A DNA stretch of 64,000 bases from Candidatus Poribacteria bacterium. Its GTDB lineage: Bacteria > Poribacteria > WGA-4E > PCPOR2b. Numbering within the stretch: position 1 is the first letter of the stretch; each line of letters opens with the position of its first letter. Positions 1-9,956 of the stretch are shown here, one piece after another. Position numbers and translations under genes: made by a program. The stretch is from positions 42,429 through 106,428 of the forward strand of contig OZ244825.1 of the NCBI GenBank assembly GCA_965220385.1, written 5' to 3'. The notes under the pieces are model-generated. The model saw nothing but the letters and a program-made list of their open reading frames with translations. It had not been told where the DNA came from and did not search any database.

Positions 1-161
1 CGACCAAAAGCTTCGCCGATGTCAACGGCGATGGGCATGTCAATATCTTGGATTTAATTCAAGTCGCTAATGGTCTCGGAAAATCCGCTCCAGACCCTAA
101 TGGCGATGGGGTTGTCAACATTCTGGATTTGGTGTTTGTCACCGAGCAGTTCAGTCAGTAA
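1..161 (+). CDS. 3' end of a secreted protein with C-terminal dockerin-like domain (partial; paralog of the next gene)
   Basis: Frame 3 reads TKSFADVNGDGHVNILDLIQVANGLGKSAPDPNGDGVVNILDLVFVTEQFSQ*, nearly identical to the C-terminus of the 170..2788 protein; two DxNGDGxVNILDL Ca-binding motifs. Confidence 0.9.
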   Translation, partial: TKSFADVNGDGHVNILDLIQVANGLGKSAPDPNGDGVVNILDLVFVTEQFSQ

Positions 162-169
162 GTAAGGGA

Positions 170-2788
170 GTGATTATGAAATCCCCACGCCCATTGCGTT
201 TCACGTTTCACTTTTTACACCATTTTCTCGTCTTCACGGTCGTGACAGCACTTTTCATTCCCCAGATCCACGCCCAACTGGTGGAGATTCCCGACCCTAA
301 CCTTGAGAGAGTCATCCAAGAAGAACTCAATCTCCCCGCCGAATCTGCCCTCACTCAGCAGGAGATGTTGCGACTAGAGAAGTTGTATGCTGGGAATAGC
401 GAGATAACCGATCTCACCGGATTAGAATATGCCACCTCTTTGAAAGATCTCCGTGTCTGCAAAAATCAGATACACGACCTGCGTCCACTTTCCGGACTAA
501 TTCAGTTGGGGCATTTATCACTTTGTGCGAACCAAATTTCGGATATCTCGCCACTGGAGAATCTCACCAACCTGAAAAAACTTGACCTTGGCGCAAATAA
601 CATTTCGGACATTACCGCGCTCGGAAACCTTACCCAATTAACATTGATTTTCTTGCGCGACAATTCGGTTGAAGACATCTCAATACTTGCGAATTTAACA
701 CAACTTACTGTTTTGCAGTTAGACAAGAATCAGATCCACGACATTAGCCCCCTTGCCAACCTCACTCTCTTGGAAGAGTTGTGGCTTAATAAGAATGCGA
801 TTACGGATATAAGCCCACTCATTGACTTAAAAAATCTCAAGAAACTTTACCTTGCTGATAACCCTTTCCACGACTTTAGCCCGCTTCTTGAACTTGAAGG
901 GGTGGAATTGGATATTGAAATAAGTGAGGGGCTCAACGTCGTAGTAGAAATCCCTGATCCGAACTTAAAACAGTTGATTCGAGAGACGCTGTCTCTCCCT
1001 GAAGCGGTGCCTCTCACACAAGGACAGATGCAGCGATTAACGACACTGAACGCAGGCGGAAACCGTGGAATCACCAACCTAACAGGGCTGAAATACGCAA
1101 CCAATATAAGATCTCTCCTCTTATATCGCAATCCAATCGTAGATATTAGTCCCTTAGTCTATCTTACAAACCTAGAAGGACTTAATCTCACGGAGTGCAG
1201 CATTGTTGATTTGAGTCCACTTGGCAACTTAAAAAATGTGAGAAGCCTCTTCCTCGGATACAACAGAATATCGGATATTAGTCCATTGGGTGAATTAACC
1301 AATCTGACTTATTTGCATCTTCAATCAAATCAAGTTGTTGATTTCAGCCCTATTGCAAACCTTGTCAACCTTCAGGAACTCTGGATAAACCACAATTTCG
1401 GGGTCGATATCAGTCCACTACAGGGGCTCCACCTTACCGATTTTCGTTATGATGAAGTTTGTAATATTGAACCACTTTTGCCCCCAGTCAGAGAGCGGAT
1501 AGAGGGTCGGAGTTTTCCTTCTATATTCCAAGCGTGGAATGACGTTGTAGGTCTCGATCACCTCACCTGGGAACAGCGCAATGTCCTGCATGACCTTCAT
1601 TGGCATGCACACTTCGGCTTGAATTGGGATACCACCTTAGCTGAACCAACTTATGGGTTAGCCACCCAGCGTGCAGGTCACTTGGAAGGTGCACGTGAAA
1701 CAAGACAGCGGCGACTTGCTCAAAATCCGAATATGGTATTTTTGCGTGACGTCCGAATCTTCAACCATCAAAGTCTTGAAGCCTTCCCGCCAAACTCTGA
1801 CTTTTGGCTCAGAGATGCTCAAGGTCAGATAGTTAGAAATAGTCTCAATGAATATTTCTTTAATTTTTTCAAACCTGAAGTTCAAGACCTGCTTATAAAG
1901 CGTATTATTGCTATTGCACGGTGTGGTCTCTATGATGGAGTTGTGTTAGATAGTTTTAATCGCCACGGAACTAGACCCGCAAGGGAGCGTTTTTATCCTA
2001 TTACCGATGAAGAGATGATCCAAGCGCATCTTAACATGTTCCGCGCCGTCCGTTCACAAGTACGTGATGACTTTCTGATAGTAATCAATACAAATAGATC
2101 CAAGGCGCCACGCTATGCCGAGTACGTCAACGGCACCTTTATGGAAACTGGTAAAGATTACGCTGGCGGATACACTCACGACGGACTTGCCGAAATTGAG
2201 AGTACCCTACTTTGGGCAGAGGAAAATCTGAGGGAACCGCAGATAAATTGTTTGGAAGGTTGGGGTGTTTTCACTGAATTGCCGGACAGCCTCAGAAACC
2301 ACAAGTGGATGCGAGTATTTACAACGATGAGTCTGACCCATTCCGATGGCTATGTGCTTTATAACATCGGTGATTCACATCGCCATTATTGGTACGATTT
2401 CTGGGATGCCAACCTTGGTCGTCCAGTTGGGCCCAAAGCTCAACAGTATCAGAACATCGAAGGCTTATTTATCCGTGAGTTTACCAACGGCTGGGCAGTC
2501 TATAACCGCAGTGGGGCATCCCAAACAATCACGCTGCCCGCATCTGCCACTCCGGTCTCCGATAGGGGAAACAACGCTGCGTCCCAAACCCACATTCTTC
2601 CCGACCTCGACGGCGAGATCTATCTCACGACCAAAAGCTTCGCCGATGTCAACGGCGATGGGCATGTCAATATATTGGACTTGATTCAAGTTACCAACGG
2701 TCTCGGTACATCAACCCCGGACCCCAACGGCGACGGCGTGGTTAACATTCTGGATCTGGTTTTTGTTACCCAGCAGTTTAGTCAGTAA
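170..2788 (+). CDS. Secreted LRR (internalin-like) protein with putative glycoside-hydrolase-like TIM-barrel domain and C-terminal dockerin
   Basis: Signal peptide ending IHA-Q; two IPDPNL-capped blocks of 22-aa LRRs (LxxLxLxxNxIxDISPLxxLxx); central domain with YDGVVLD and VNGTFMET motifs typical of GH114/GHL15-like barrels; DVNGDG dockerin repeats. Confidence 0.8.
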   Translation: MIMKSPRPLRFTFHFLHHFLVFTVVTALFIPQIHAQLVEIPDPNLERVIQEELNLPAESALTQQEMLRLEKLYAGNSEITDLTGLEYATSLKDLRVCKNQIHDLRPLSGLIQLGHLSLCANQISDISPLENLTNLKKLDLGANNISDITALGNLTQLTLIFLRDNSVEDISILANLTQLTVLQLDKNQIHDISPLANLTLLEELWLNKNAITDISPLIDLKNLKKLYLADNPFHDFSPLLELEGVELDIEISEGLNVVVEIPDPNLKQLIRETLSLPEAVPLTQGQMQRLTTLNAGGNRGITNLTGLKYATNIRSLLLYRNPIVDISPLVYLTNLEGLNLTECSIVDLSPLGNLKNVRSLFLGYNRISDISPLGELTNLTYLHLQSNQVVDFSPIANLVNLQELWINHNFGVDISPLQGLHLTDFRYDEVCNIEPLLPPVRERIEGRSFPSIFQAWNDVVGLDHLTWEQRNVLHDLHWHAHFGLNWDTTLAEPTYGLATQRAGHLEGARETRQRRLAQNPNMVFLRDVRIFNHQSLEAFPPNSDFWLRDAQGQIVRNSLNEYFFNFFKPEVQDLLIKRIIAIARCGLYDGVVLDSFNRHGTRPARERFYPITDEEMIQAHLNMFRAVRSQVRDDFLIVINTNRSKAPRYAEYVNGTFMETGKDYAGGYTHDGLAEIESTLLWAEENLREPQINCLEGWGVFTELPDSLRNHKWMRVFTTMSLTHSDGYVLYNIGDSHRHYWYDFWDANLGRPVGPKAQQYQNIEGLFIREFTNGWAVYNRSGASQTITLPASATPVSDRGNNAASQTHILPDLDGEIYLTTKSFADVNGDGHVNILDLIQVTNGLGTSTPDPNGDGVVNILDLVFVTQQFSQ

Positions 2789-2943
2789 ATATACCGTTCC
2801 TGCCTCTTAAGTCCTATCTCCATGAACAATTTCCGGCATTTTCTCCTTACTGTCTGATATAATGAACTTATTGAGATTCACTGGTTCAGAAGTCCAGAAA
2901 GTCATTTATGGTGAATTAGAAAAATAAGTAGACATTTTCCAAG

Positions 2944-3177
2944 TTGCAAAACGCCGAGCGCATCTTTGAAGAAATGAAGCATAAGCGGATGCTTCCGTTC
3001 AATCAGATGTTTGAAGATGTGGTACGTCAGGAATTAGATCAGCGGCTCTTATCGGAAGTGCTTGGCATATCTGAGGAGGCCCAGCCGGATGTTCATGCGG
3101 GTTTGGGTCGTCTCCGTGAGCGGTTGTGTGAAGAGCCGAGCATCCACGGCGGGAAGTGGTCGCGGGTTATATTATAG
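2944..3177 (+). pseudogene. Orphan C-terminal gene fragment, resembling the end of a type IIG restriction-modification/N6-methylase protein
   Basis: 77-aa ORF with TTG start and no convincing RBS; ends RQELDQRLLSEVLG...LRERLCEEPSIHGGK, which I recall as a C-terminus of such enzymes (not searched). Confidence 0.4.
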
Positions 3178-3295
3178 CTATAATTATTGTCTGAATCAGG
3201 ATATTCGGGATTTAAGGATTTACAGGATAGAACACGGAACGTGAAATCCCGCAGGGCGAGGATCTTCAATGTATCGGGATGCGAAGCGGTGCGTT

Positions 3296-3323
3296 GTAGG
3301 GAACAACGATCGTTGTCCCTTAC
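3296..3323 (+). repeat. GTAG-type REP-like palindrome
   Basis: GTAGGGAACAACGATCGTTGTCCCTTAC: GTAG plus an imperfect hairpin, intergenic. Confidence 0.55.
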
Positions 3324-3379
3324 CTTGTATCAGGTCCGATCAACCCTTGTCATAGCATAGATTAGGAAATCTGGGCCTC

Positions 3380-3580
3380 TTATTTCTTCTTGCTAAAAGG
3401 ACTTGGAATACCCAAGTCATTACATATATCTATAACTAGACCTTTACCTATCTCTTTATGCCTCGGTACAGCAGTAGATTGACCAGATTCTAAATGCCTC
3501 CAAATAGAATGATTGCCACCTTCCCTATAAAGAACACAATCATTCTCACGTAAATGCTTCTTGAGTTTCCGTAGATTCAT
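3380..3580 (-). CDS. hicA: HicA family mRNA interferase toxin
   Basis: 66 aa basic protein MNLRKLKKHLRENDCVLYREGGNHSIW...VPRHKEI with the GxxH and VPRH HicA motifs. Confidence 0.88.
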   Translation of the reverse strand: MNLRKLKKHLRENDCVLYREGGNHSIWRHLESGQSTAVPRHKEIGKGLVIDICNDLGIPSPFSKKK

Positions 3581-3821
3581 GTAAGTCAATAGTGACTGGG
3601 ACCGGTTCAAATCCGGGACGAACATCACGATAGCGTGGAGTCTTATTTAATTCCAACATTATAGGGAGCACCTCCCTTATCGAGTCGAGCAGTTCTGCCC
3701 TTGTCCTCTCTTGACAATTAACACCGCGGACCCCCTGGACCCAACCGACCCACCAGCCATCCTCCTGTCCAACATAAGCCGTAAAAGACTTTTTGTAATT
3801 TCTATTTGATACGTTTGCCAT
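3546..3821 (-). CDS. hicB: HicB family antitoxin (short form)
   Basis: FTAYVGQEDGWWVGWVQGVRGVNCQERTRAELLDSIRE: HicB partial RNase H fold; overlaps the hicA start. Confidence 0.82.
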   Translation of the reverse strand: MANVSNRNYKKSFTAYVGQEDGWWVGWVQGVRGVNCQERTRAELLDSIREVLPIMLELNKTPRYRDVRPGFEPVPVTIDLHESTETQEAFT

Positions 3822-4175
3822 CATTACTTTCCTTTCCTGGGGGGAGTAACATTATTTTATCAAATTCGCTACCTTTCGTCAAGATCTTTGCTGATCTTGA
3901 GGGGTGCTCGTAAGTCGTTTTCGATGTGGCAGATAGTACCAAGACTTGACACTCACCATCCTCGGTATTGTAGCGCGAATGTGCCACGCCTAAATCCAGT
4001 GATGACGCGTATTGAGCAAGGAACACGCCTTACTTTTAGGATCGAATTTGTGGTTGTAATTTGTCAGGGGGATGTCAGAGAAAAAAGTTTTAACAAATAA
4101 ATAGAACCATTGTGTGGTGAACAGATAGCGGATATGATATAATAACTCGATATTAAAAAAATAAGGAGAACCGAT

Positions 4176-5003
4176 ATGCCCCAAAAAATACCCTTCATGA
4201 AACTGAGTGGTGCAGGCAACGACTTTGTTATCATTGATAACCGCGAAGGCGTTGTCCAATACGAAAATACCGATTTTGTCGAAAAGGTGTGCCAACGCCG
4301 AATGTCTGCCGGCGCAGATGGCGTGCTGCTCGTCGAAAAGACGGAGAAAGCGGATTTCCGGATGCGCTATTTCAATGCGGACGGTGGTGAGGCAGAGACC
4401 TGTGGAAACGGCGCACGTTGTATCTCAAGGTTCGCCTACATTAACGGCATCGTTTCGGAGCGGATGTCCTTTGAGACGCAAGCCGGGATCTACGAATCAG
4501 AGATTGTTGGGACCGATGTCAAGGTCCGGATGAGCGATCCAACGGATCTTCGATTGAACTTCCCACTTCAGTTGGAAGATGGTGTCCATAACATCTCTTT
4601 CGCTAACAGCGGCGTTCCGCACGTCCTCTTCTTTGCTGAAGATTTGGAGGGAACCGATGTGTTCGATCTCGGCAGGCAGACTCGCTACCACGACGACTTC
4701 AAACCGGCCGGAACAAACGCCAACTTTGTCCGGGTCAAAGATGCTCAAGCGATCGACATCCGTACCTATGAGCGCGGCGTCGAAGATGAGACCCTCGCTT
4801 GTGGTACAGGCTCGATTGCAGCCGCGGTTGTCTCTGCTGCGTTAGGGAAAGTCCAGTCCCCGGTCGCAGTGAAGACAGCCAGCGGTTCGGTGTTGACCAT
4901 CCATTTTGACTTGGTTAACGGTCAACCGGAAAACGTCTATCTGGAAGGCGATGCCCGAATTATCTATTCGGGTGAACTCACAGAGGATGCTTGGGCGTAT
5001 TAA
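4176..5003 (+). CDS. dapF: Diaminopimelate epimerase
   Basis: GAGNDF, NADGGEAETCGNGARC and ERGVEDETLACGTG motifs with both catalytic Cys; RBS AAGGAG. Confidence 0.97.
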   Translation: MPQKIPFMKLSGAGNDFVIIDNREGVVQYENTDFVEKVCQRRMSAGADGVLLVEKTEKADFRMRYFNADGGEAETCGNGARCISRFAYINGIVSERMSFETQAGIYESEIVGTDVKVRMSDPTDLRLNFPLQLEDGVHNISFANSGVPHVLFFAEDLEGTDVFDLGRQTRYHDDFKPAGTNANFVRVKDAQAIDIRTYERGVEDETLACGTGSIAAAVVSAALGKVQSPVAVKTASGSVLTIHFDLVNGQPENVYLEGDARIIYSGELTEDAWAY

Positions 5004-5042
5004 CCCAAATTGCTTGGGTATTGAGAATCTATTAGTTTTCCC

Positions 5043-5065
5043 GTAGGGGCGGGGTTTCCCCGCCC
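5043..5065 (+). repeat. GTAG-type REP-like palindrome
   Basis: GTAG-GGGCGGGG-TTT-CCCCGCCC perfect hairpin between dapF and the next gene. Confidence 0.65.
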
Positions 5066-5097
5066 GTCAAGCGTTGTAGTCTTTTGGTGGAGGACAA

Positions 5098-6759
5098 ATG
5101 AAGAAAGTTTTATTGATTATCAATGGCCCGCATCCCCCATTTAGTGAGTTTGCGGAGATGTTCAAGCCGTTAGTTGAAGATGCCGGTCAGTTTGCAGTGG
5201 AGGTGAGCGATGATCGCAACCGATTGACGGATCCCTCCGCGTTCGATGTGGTCGCGCTATACATCGGGGGCGGCGAAATTACGCCCGAGGTTGAGCGTGG
5301 GTTGACCGAGTATGTCAGAGGTGGGGGCGGATTGCTTGCAGTGCACGGTGCCAACGCCGGAACCGGGCAGTATGATGACTACATCGAGCTCATCGGCACG
5401 GAATTTATCGAACACGACCCATTAGCGCCGTTTGAAGTGACGATAGAAGATGGGATTGACGATATCCTCCCGCGCCTCAATAAGCAGTTCCGCATCGTAG
5501 ATGAGTGTTACCAGATGAAGGTTCGCACAGACGCGCCCTTGCGTTATTTCCAATACGGTGCGTGGCGGCTCCAAAAATATCCGCTCGGCTATGTGCGTGA
5601 CTACGGTGCTGGGAAGGTATTTTATACCGCGCTTGGACACGACAACCGTGCTTTCGGCAATACAGATTTCCAAGATCAACTGCTCAAAGGGCTCCGCTAT
5701 GTGACCAACTTGAAGGACAATCCAGCGGTCCGCATTGGCTTGGTGGGCTACGGTCCCCTGTTCAATATGGGCAGCCATCACGCCGGTATGATTGCGGAGA
5801 CCCACGGATTTGAGTTAGCCGCAGTCTGCGACAGAGATCCCGAACGCCTCCGCGCTGCGAAAGAGGAACAGGGAGACGGGATTACCACCTTCACCGATGC
5901 AAAAGAGATGGCAGAGAGCGGGCAGATTGATCTGGCTATTGTGATTGTGCCGCATGTCTATCACGCGCCGGTTGCGAAGATCATGTTAGAGGCGGGGTTA
6001 CATACCATCACCGAAAAACCGTTTGTCGTCCACGTCTCCGAAGCGGATGAACTGATAGCACTCGCACGTGAAAAAGGGGTCATGCTCTCGGTCTACCACA
6101 ACCGTCACTGGGATCCAGATATCCTCACGCTCCGTGATGCTGTGGAATCGGGTATCATTGGAGAGGTGTACTCGATTGAGTGTAACATGGTCGGCTACGG
6201 CCCACCCGGACAGATGTGGCGAGACCATAAGGAGATTTCCGGCGGGTTGTTGTACGATATGGGGGCACATCAGTTTGAGAAGATTCTGCAACTGGTCCCC
6301 CAGCATGACCGAAACGGGAACCGCATCAATAAACATGCGACGCTGTACGGCAATTTCCTCAAACGACATTGGCAAGCCAGTTCGGTTGAAGATTTCTGCA
6401 GGGCGTATGTGCGATTCGACAGCGGCTTAGAAGCCCAACTCATCCAGTCGAACCTACACGCAGCTGAAAAACCGCTCTGGACAGTGGTCGGCACACACGG
6501 CTCTATTGTGGTGGGGAACTTCCAAGGCGAAACAACCGTCACCTCCATTATGGACGACGGACGCAAAATGGTTTCCGATTATCCAACGGTGACCAACCGC
6601 GGTTGGGGAGCATACTACAAGAACGTCTCAGACCATCTGCTCTCCGGGACGCCCTTGCTGATTACAGCGGAGTGGGCGAAGGGAACCATCCAATGTATTG
6701 AGGGATGTGAAACCGCCGCACGTGAGAACCGGTTGGTAGAGATTGAGTTCGACTTTTAG
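5098..6759 (+). CDS. ThuA-like domain / Gfo-Idh-MocA oxidoreductase fusion
   Basis: N-terminal ThuA (GGGLLAVH, YGAGKVFYTALGH); C-terminal Rossmann fold IGLVGYG, EKP, GGLLYDMGAH. Confidence 0.88.
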   Translation: MKKVLLIINGPHPPFSEFAEMFKPLVEDAGQFAVEVSDDRNRLTDPSAFDVVALYIGGGEITPEVERGLTEYVRGGGGLLAVHGANAGTGQYDDYIELIGTEFIEHDPLAPFEVTIEDGIDDILPRLNKQFRIVDECYQMKVRTDAPLRYFQYGAWRLQKYPLGYVRDYGAGKVFYTALGHDNRAFGNTDFQDQLLKGLRYVTNLKDNPAVRIGLVGYGPLFNMGSHHAGMIAETHGFELAAVCDRDPERLRAAKEEQGDGITTFTDAKEMAESGQIDLAIVIVPHVYHAPVAKIMLEAGLHTITEKPFVVHVSEADELIALAREKGVMLSVYHNRHWDPDILTLRDAVESGIIGEVYSIECNMVGYGPPGQMWRDHKEISGGLLYDMGAHQFEKILQLVPQHDRNGNRINKHATLYGNFLKRHWQASSVEDFCRAYVRFDSGLEAQLIQSNLHAAEKPLWTVVGTHGSIVVGNFQGETTVTSIMDDGRKMVSDYPTVTNRGWGAYYKNVSDHLLSGTPLLITAEWAKGTIQCIEGCETAARENRLVEIEFDF

Positions 6760-6840
6760 TCCATTTGCTTCATCCTAAAAACCTCAGAGGCGAAGCTACT
6801 TGTGATAAGACCACCTCTGAATCCTGATAGGGATTTTATT

Positions 6841-7662
6841 ATGCAATATCGAACATTAGGTCGCACCCAGCTGCGCGTTTCAGAGATCGGATACGGCGGC
6901 GGACGGGTGCGTGCCGATCAAGATGAAGGAGCACTCATTCAGATGCTCCACCGTGCCTTCGAGGTGGGACTCAACTACATCGACACAGCGCCTACCTATG
7001 GGGGCGGTCTCAGCGAAACCGTTATCGGAAAGGCAATTCAGGGACGGCGGGATGGGTTGGTTCTGGCTACCAAAACGGAAGCCTTCGACCCGCAGGGCAT
7101 CCTCGCCGACGTAGAAGGAAGCTTGACCCGGCTGGGGACTGATGTGATTGATGTCTTGCAGTTTCACGGGGGCTGGCATCAGGGGGACGATGCCGATCAA
7201 ATCTTGGATCAAGGTGGGTTGGAGACGTACCAGAAATTGAGGGACCAAGGAAAAATCCGCTTTATTGGGTTCTCAGCAGATGGTCCTTCAGCCGGCGTTG
7301 AGCGGATGATCGCGTCCGGCGAGTTCGACATGATTCAGGTTCACTACAACCTGATGTACCAGAGCACCTGCGATATCTTCGGCAATCGTGGGACAATACC
7401 GGAGGCTGCCGCCCAAGATATGGGGGTTGTGCTGATGCGTTCGACGACGAGTAACGCCTTCCAAAACCTGATGCAGCAATGCTTCCCGACAGAGATGAAA
7501 GGGGTTGATCTGGACAGTTTCCTGCTAAATTACGTCCTCTCCAACCCACTCGTCAATGTTGCGCTGATGAGCCTGCAAAGCCTTGACGATGTGGCGTGGA
7601 CGAACACAGTCTCGGACAGTGTTGACCAACGGTTAGATTTGGGGGCAGTTCACGGCAGGTAG
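6841..7662 (+). CDS. Aldo/keto reductase
   Basis: MQYRTLGRTQLRVSEIGYG, GLNYIDTAPTYG, SLTRLGTDVIDVLQFH, GKIRFIGFS. Confidence 0.93.
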   Translation: MQYRTLGRTQLRVSEIGYGGGRVRADQDEGALIQMLHRAFEVGLNYIDTAPTYGGGLSETVIGKAIQGRRDGLVLATKTEAFDPQGILADVEGSLTRLGTDVIDVLQFHGGWHQGDDADQILDQGGLETYQKLRDQGKIRFIGFSADGPSAGVERMIASGEFDMIQVHYNLMYQSTCDIFGNRGTIPEAAAQDMGVVLMRSTTSNAFQNLMQQCFPTEMKGVDLDSFLLNYVLSNPLVNVALMSLQSLDDVAWTNTVSDSVDQRLDLGAVHGR

Positions 7663-7684
7663 GGAACGGGGTTCTCCGTTCCCT
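7659..7684 (+). repeat. GTAG-type REP-like palindrome / bidirectional terminator candidate
   Basis: GTAGGGAACGGGGTTCTCCGTTCCCT overlapping the TAG stop, between convergent genes. Confidence 0.55.
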
Positions 7685-7692
7685 GCTTACAT

Positions 7693-8370
7693 TCAATCCA
7701 ACCCTGATACCCATTCGTTGATAACCCGTGCCATTTCAACGAACACATCCTCGTCCGTGTTGCGAGAGCGCTTCAAGATCTTAAATCCGTGATCCGCGGT
7801 ATCCAAGAGATGCAGCGTTGCCTTGTCGGCAACCCCTTCGCAGGTGGATTGTAGTAGATCCAGTTCACCCAACTTGTCCCGTGTACCGGACAGGAAGAGC
7901 ATCGGTACTGTAACATCGCTCAGGTGGTCTGCGCGGTCCGTCGAAGGCTTCCCAGACGGATGCAGGGGGAAGGCGAAAAACACCAAGCCACGCGCATGCT
8001 CGATCGGTGCCTCCGCCGCAGCCATTGATGACATTCGCCCGCTGAAGGAGTGCCCACCGACAAGAATCGACAGATCGCTCGCCGCTGTCTGTGCTGCTTC
8101 CACCGCCGAACGAACGGTCTCCTGGCAAACAGCGTTTGAGTTTCGACCACGCCCCTGTTCCGCATAAGGGAAGTTGTAACGGAATGTAGCGATCCCGACA
8201 TCTGCTAACCGTTCTGCGATGGTCTGAAGGGTTGCGTGCCGCATATTTGTGCTAGCGCCATGTCCTAACACCAACAGCCATTTTGCATCGTCAGGTCGAA
8301 TCAGTAACGCCGACACCTCGCCCTGCTCTTCCGTCGCAAGAAACTTGGATTCAACGGCTTCATAGCTCAT
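7693..8370 (-). CDS. Alpha/beta hydrolase (dienelactone hydrolase / KANL3-Tex30-like)
   Basis: LGHGA oxyanion region, GGHSFSGR nucleophile elbow, GTRD and ADH triad residues. Confidence 0.88.
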   Translation of the reverse strand: MSYEAVESKFLATEEQGEVSALLIRPDDAKWLLVLGHGASTNMRHATLQTIAERLADVGIATFRYNFPYAEQGRGRNSNAVCQETVRSAVEAAQTAASDLSILVGGHSFSGRMSSMAAAEAPIEHARGLVFFAFPLHPSGKPSTDRADHLSDVTVPMLFLSGTRDKLGELDLLQSTCEGVADKATLHLLDTADHGFKILKRSRNTDEDVFVEMARVINEWVSGLD

Positions 8371-8372
8371 TG

Positions 8373-9662
8373 TTATGCCTCCTCCCAACGACCCCGTACC
8401 GGATGCTGCTGCGCCCGTTCAAACAGATCTTGCCACGCTTCGGATCCATCGTCCGGTTGCGCCTCTAAGCGTACGCCCTCTACATACGCAGGTCCATGTC
8501 CCGCGTTAAAGTAGCCATATCCTTGGCTGCTGAAGCCCATGTGAATGCAGCTGCCGTCGGGATAGACGATACTGTTGATGATGCGCGGTTTCGGTCTGTC
8601 GTAAGTTTCACCACGTTCCCTTAATTCTGCGAGTGTATCTTCGGAGACGCGAAACTTTTCGACTGCCTCTTCATCGACCTCAACACCCAACCCAGGACCG
8701 TCCGGCACCTTGTGATACCCACCGACAACCTCGATCTCCTTTGTCAACAGCTGATGGCTATAGAGGTTTATGCAGGTAATCGCGGGCCAAGTGGCGTGGG
8801 TCAATACTGAACCGAGATGGGCAGCCCAAGTCGTGGTCAACCCATTGCCCACCAACTGCAGCCAGAACGGCATCTGTGCCTCGGCACTTAAGGTCCCCTG
8901 TGTCATAACGCCCGATTTCCCGGTGCAGATAACGTATCCATCACAGACCCCTTCGCGAATATTCGTAATATAGGGCGGTGATCCGAAGTGCATCGCGATT
9001 GGTCGGTTAATCGCCTGACGGATCTGCATGTTCCCAAGTACATCGTCTTGCGGGATGGGGGTTTCAAACATTGCCACATTGCCGTATTTTTCCAGTTTCT
9101 TGATGACAGGAATTGCCGCCGCCGCGTTCTGCCAAGTACCGTTGGCATCGAGATCCAACTTAAAGTGCGGTGGCACAACCTGAGCGATCGCATCGACCTG
9201 TGCCACGATATCCCACCAAGGTCGGGGCTTGAGTTTGATGCTAGTGTAACCGTTTGCCACAGCATCTGCAGCCTCGGCAGCCCAGTCTTCAGGAGAAGCA
9301 TCAATACACCACCAAGAGATCGGAACCCAGTCGCGCACCTGTTGCCCCATCAGTTCGTAGGCCGGCACCTCAAGGACCTTACCTACCACATCGAATAACG
9401 CCATCTGCAAGCCCGCTCCCAGAGAATCGTCGTTCATCACTTTTGCGGGACTCTGCCCTTTCACCCGTTCAACTGCAGCGTCCGTCACCCGTGCCCAGGT
9501 GTAGTGAATCACGGTTTCGCCCCAACCGATGTGTCCGGTATCTGTAGTTACCTTGCACAGTTCCAGAACCGCCCAGTTGTACACCTCCCGCGCCGTGATC
9601 TTTTGCTGCCGTGGCGTAAATGGGACATCAACGATTATACGTTCTACATCTACAACTTTCAT
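8373..9662 (-). CDS. Mandelate racemase/muconate lactonizing enzyme family (enolase superfamily)
   Basis: GWGET, MALFDVVGK, KLK motif, LDAN, FETP, PDGPGLGVEVD. Confidence 0.9.
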   Translation of the reverse strand: MKVVDVERIIVDVPFTPRQQKITAREVYNWAVLELCKVTTDTGHIGWGETVIHYTWARVTDAAVERVKGQSPAKVMNDDSLGAGLQMALFDVVGKVLEVPAYELMGQQVRDWVPISWWCIDASPEDWAAEAADAVANGYTSIKLKPRPWWDIVAQVDAIAQVVPPHFKLDLDANGTWQNAAAAIPVIKKLEKYGNVAMFETPIPQDDVLGNMQIRQAINRPIAMHFGSPPYITNIREGVCDGYVICTGKSGVMTQGTLSAEAQMPFWLQLVGNGLTTTWAAHLGSVLTHATWPAITCINLYSHQLLTKEIEVVGGYHKVPDGPGLGVEVDEEAVEKFRVSEDTLAELRERGETYDRPKPRIINSIVYPDGSCIHMGFSSQGYGYFNAGHGPAYVEGVRLEAQPDDGSEAWQDLFERAQQHPVRGRWEEA

Positions 9663-9956
9663 TCAATTATCCTTTCGAGCAAGTGAGCAAAGGTGTTGAG
9701 ACCGCTTTATATCAAAACTGTCTGCCTCTTTTGTAAAGTCCTATCTTTATTTCTTTATTCCCTCGGCTTTCCTTGGTGTGGTAAAATTAGGGTAGGTCCT
9801 TTGTACACCTAACCCCAATTGCCGATGGGATTCGCGGTTCTTCCTGCTAACATTGAAGCCAGCCAATTGGTTTTGAAGCTTGATGCTATTATAGAGATTT
9901 TCAAATCGTCGTCAACTACAAAATATAACATGCCCCTATGGAGAGAGGAATCACCC

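Noticed and set aside
1-2788. Near-identical 3' ends as a diversity-generating retroelement TR/VR pair
   Set aside because: Differences are mostly synonymous and not adenine-specific, both copies are coding gene ends, and there is no reverse transcriptase in the window; the same applies to the FlgD tails at 26-30 kb
3802-4295. Short ORFs 3802-4026, 3888-4100 and 3990-4295, and the many antisense/alternate-frame ORFs inside long genes
   Set aside because: No recognisable motifs or RBS; they are shadows of real genes or chance ORFs
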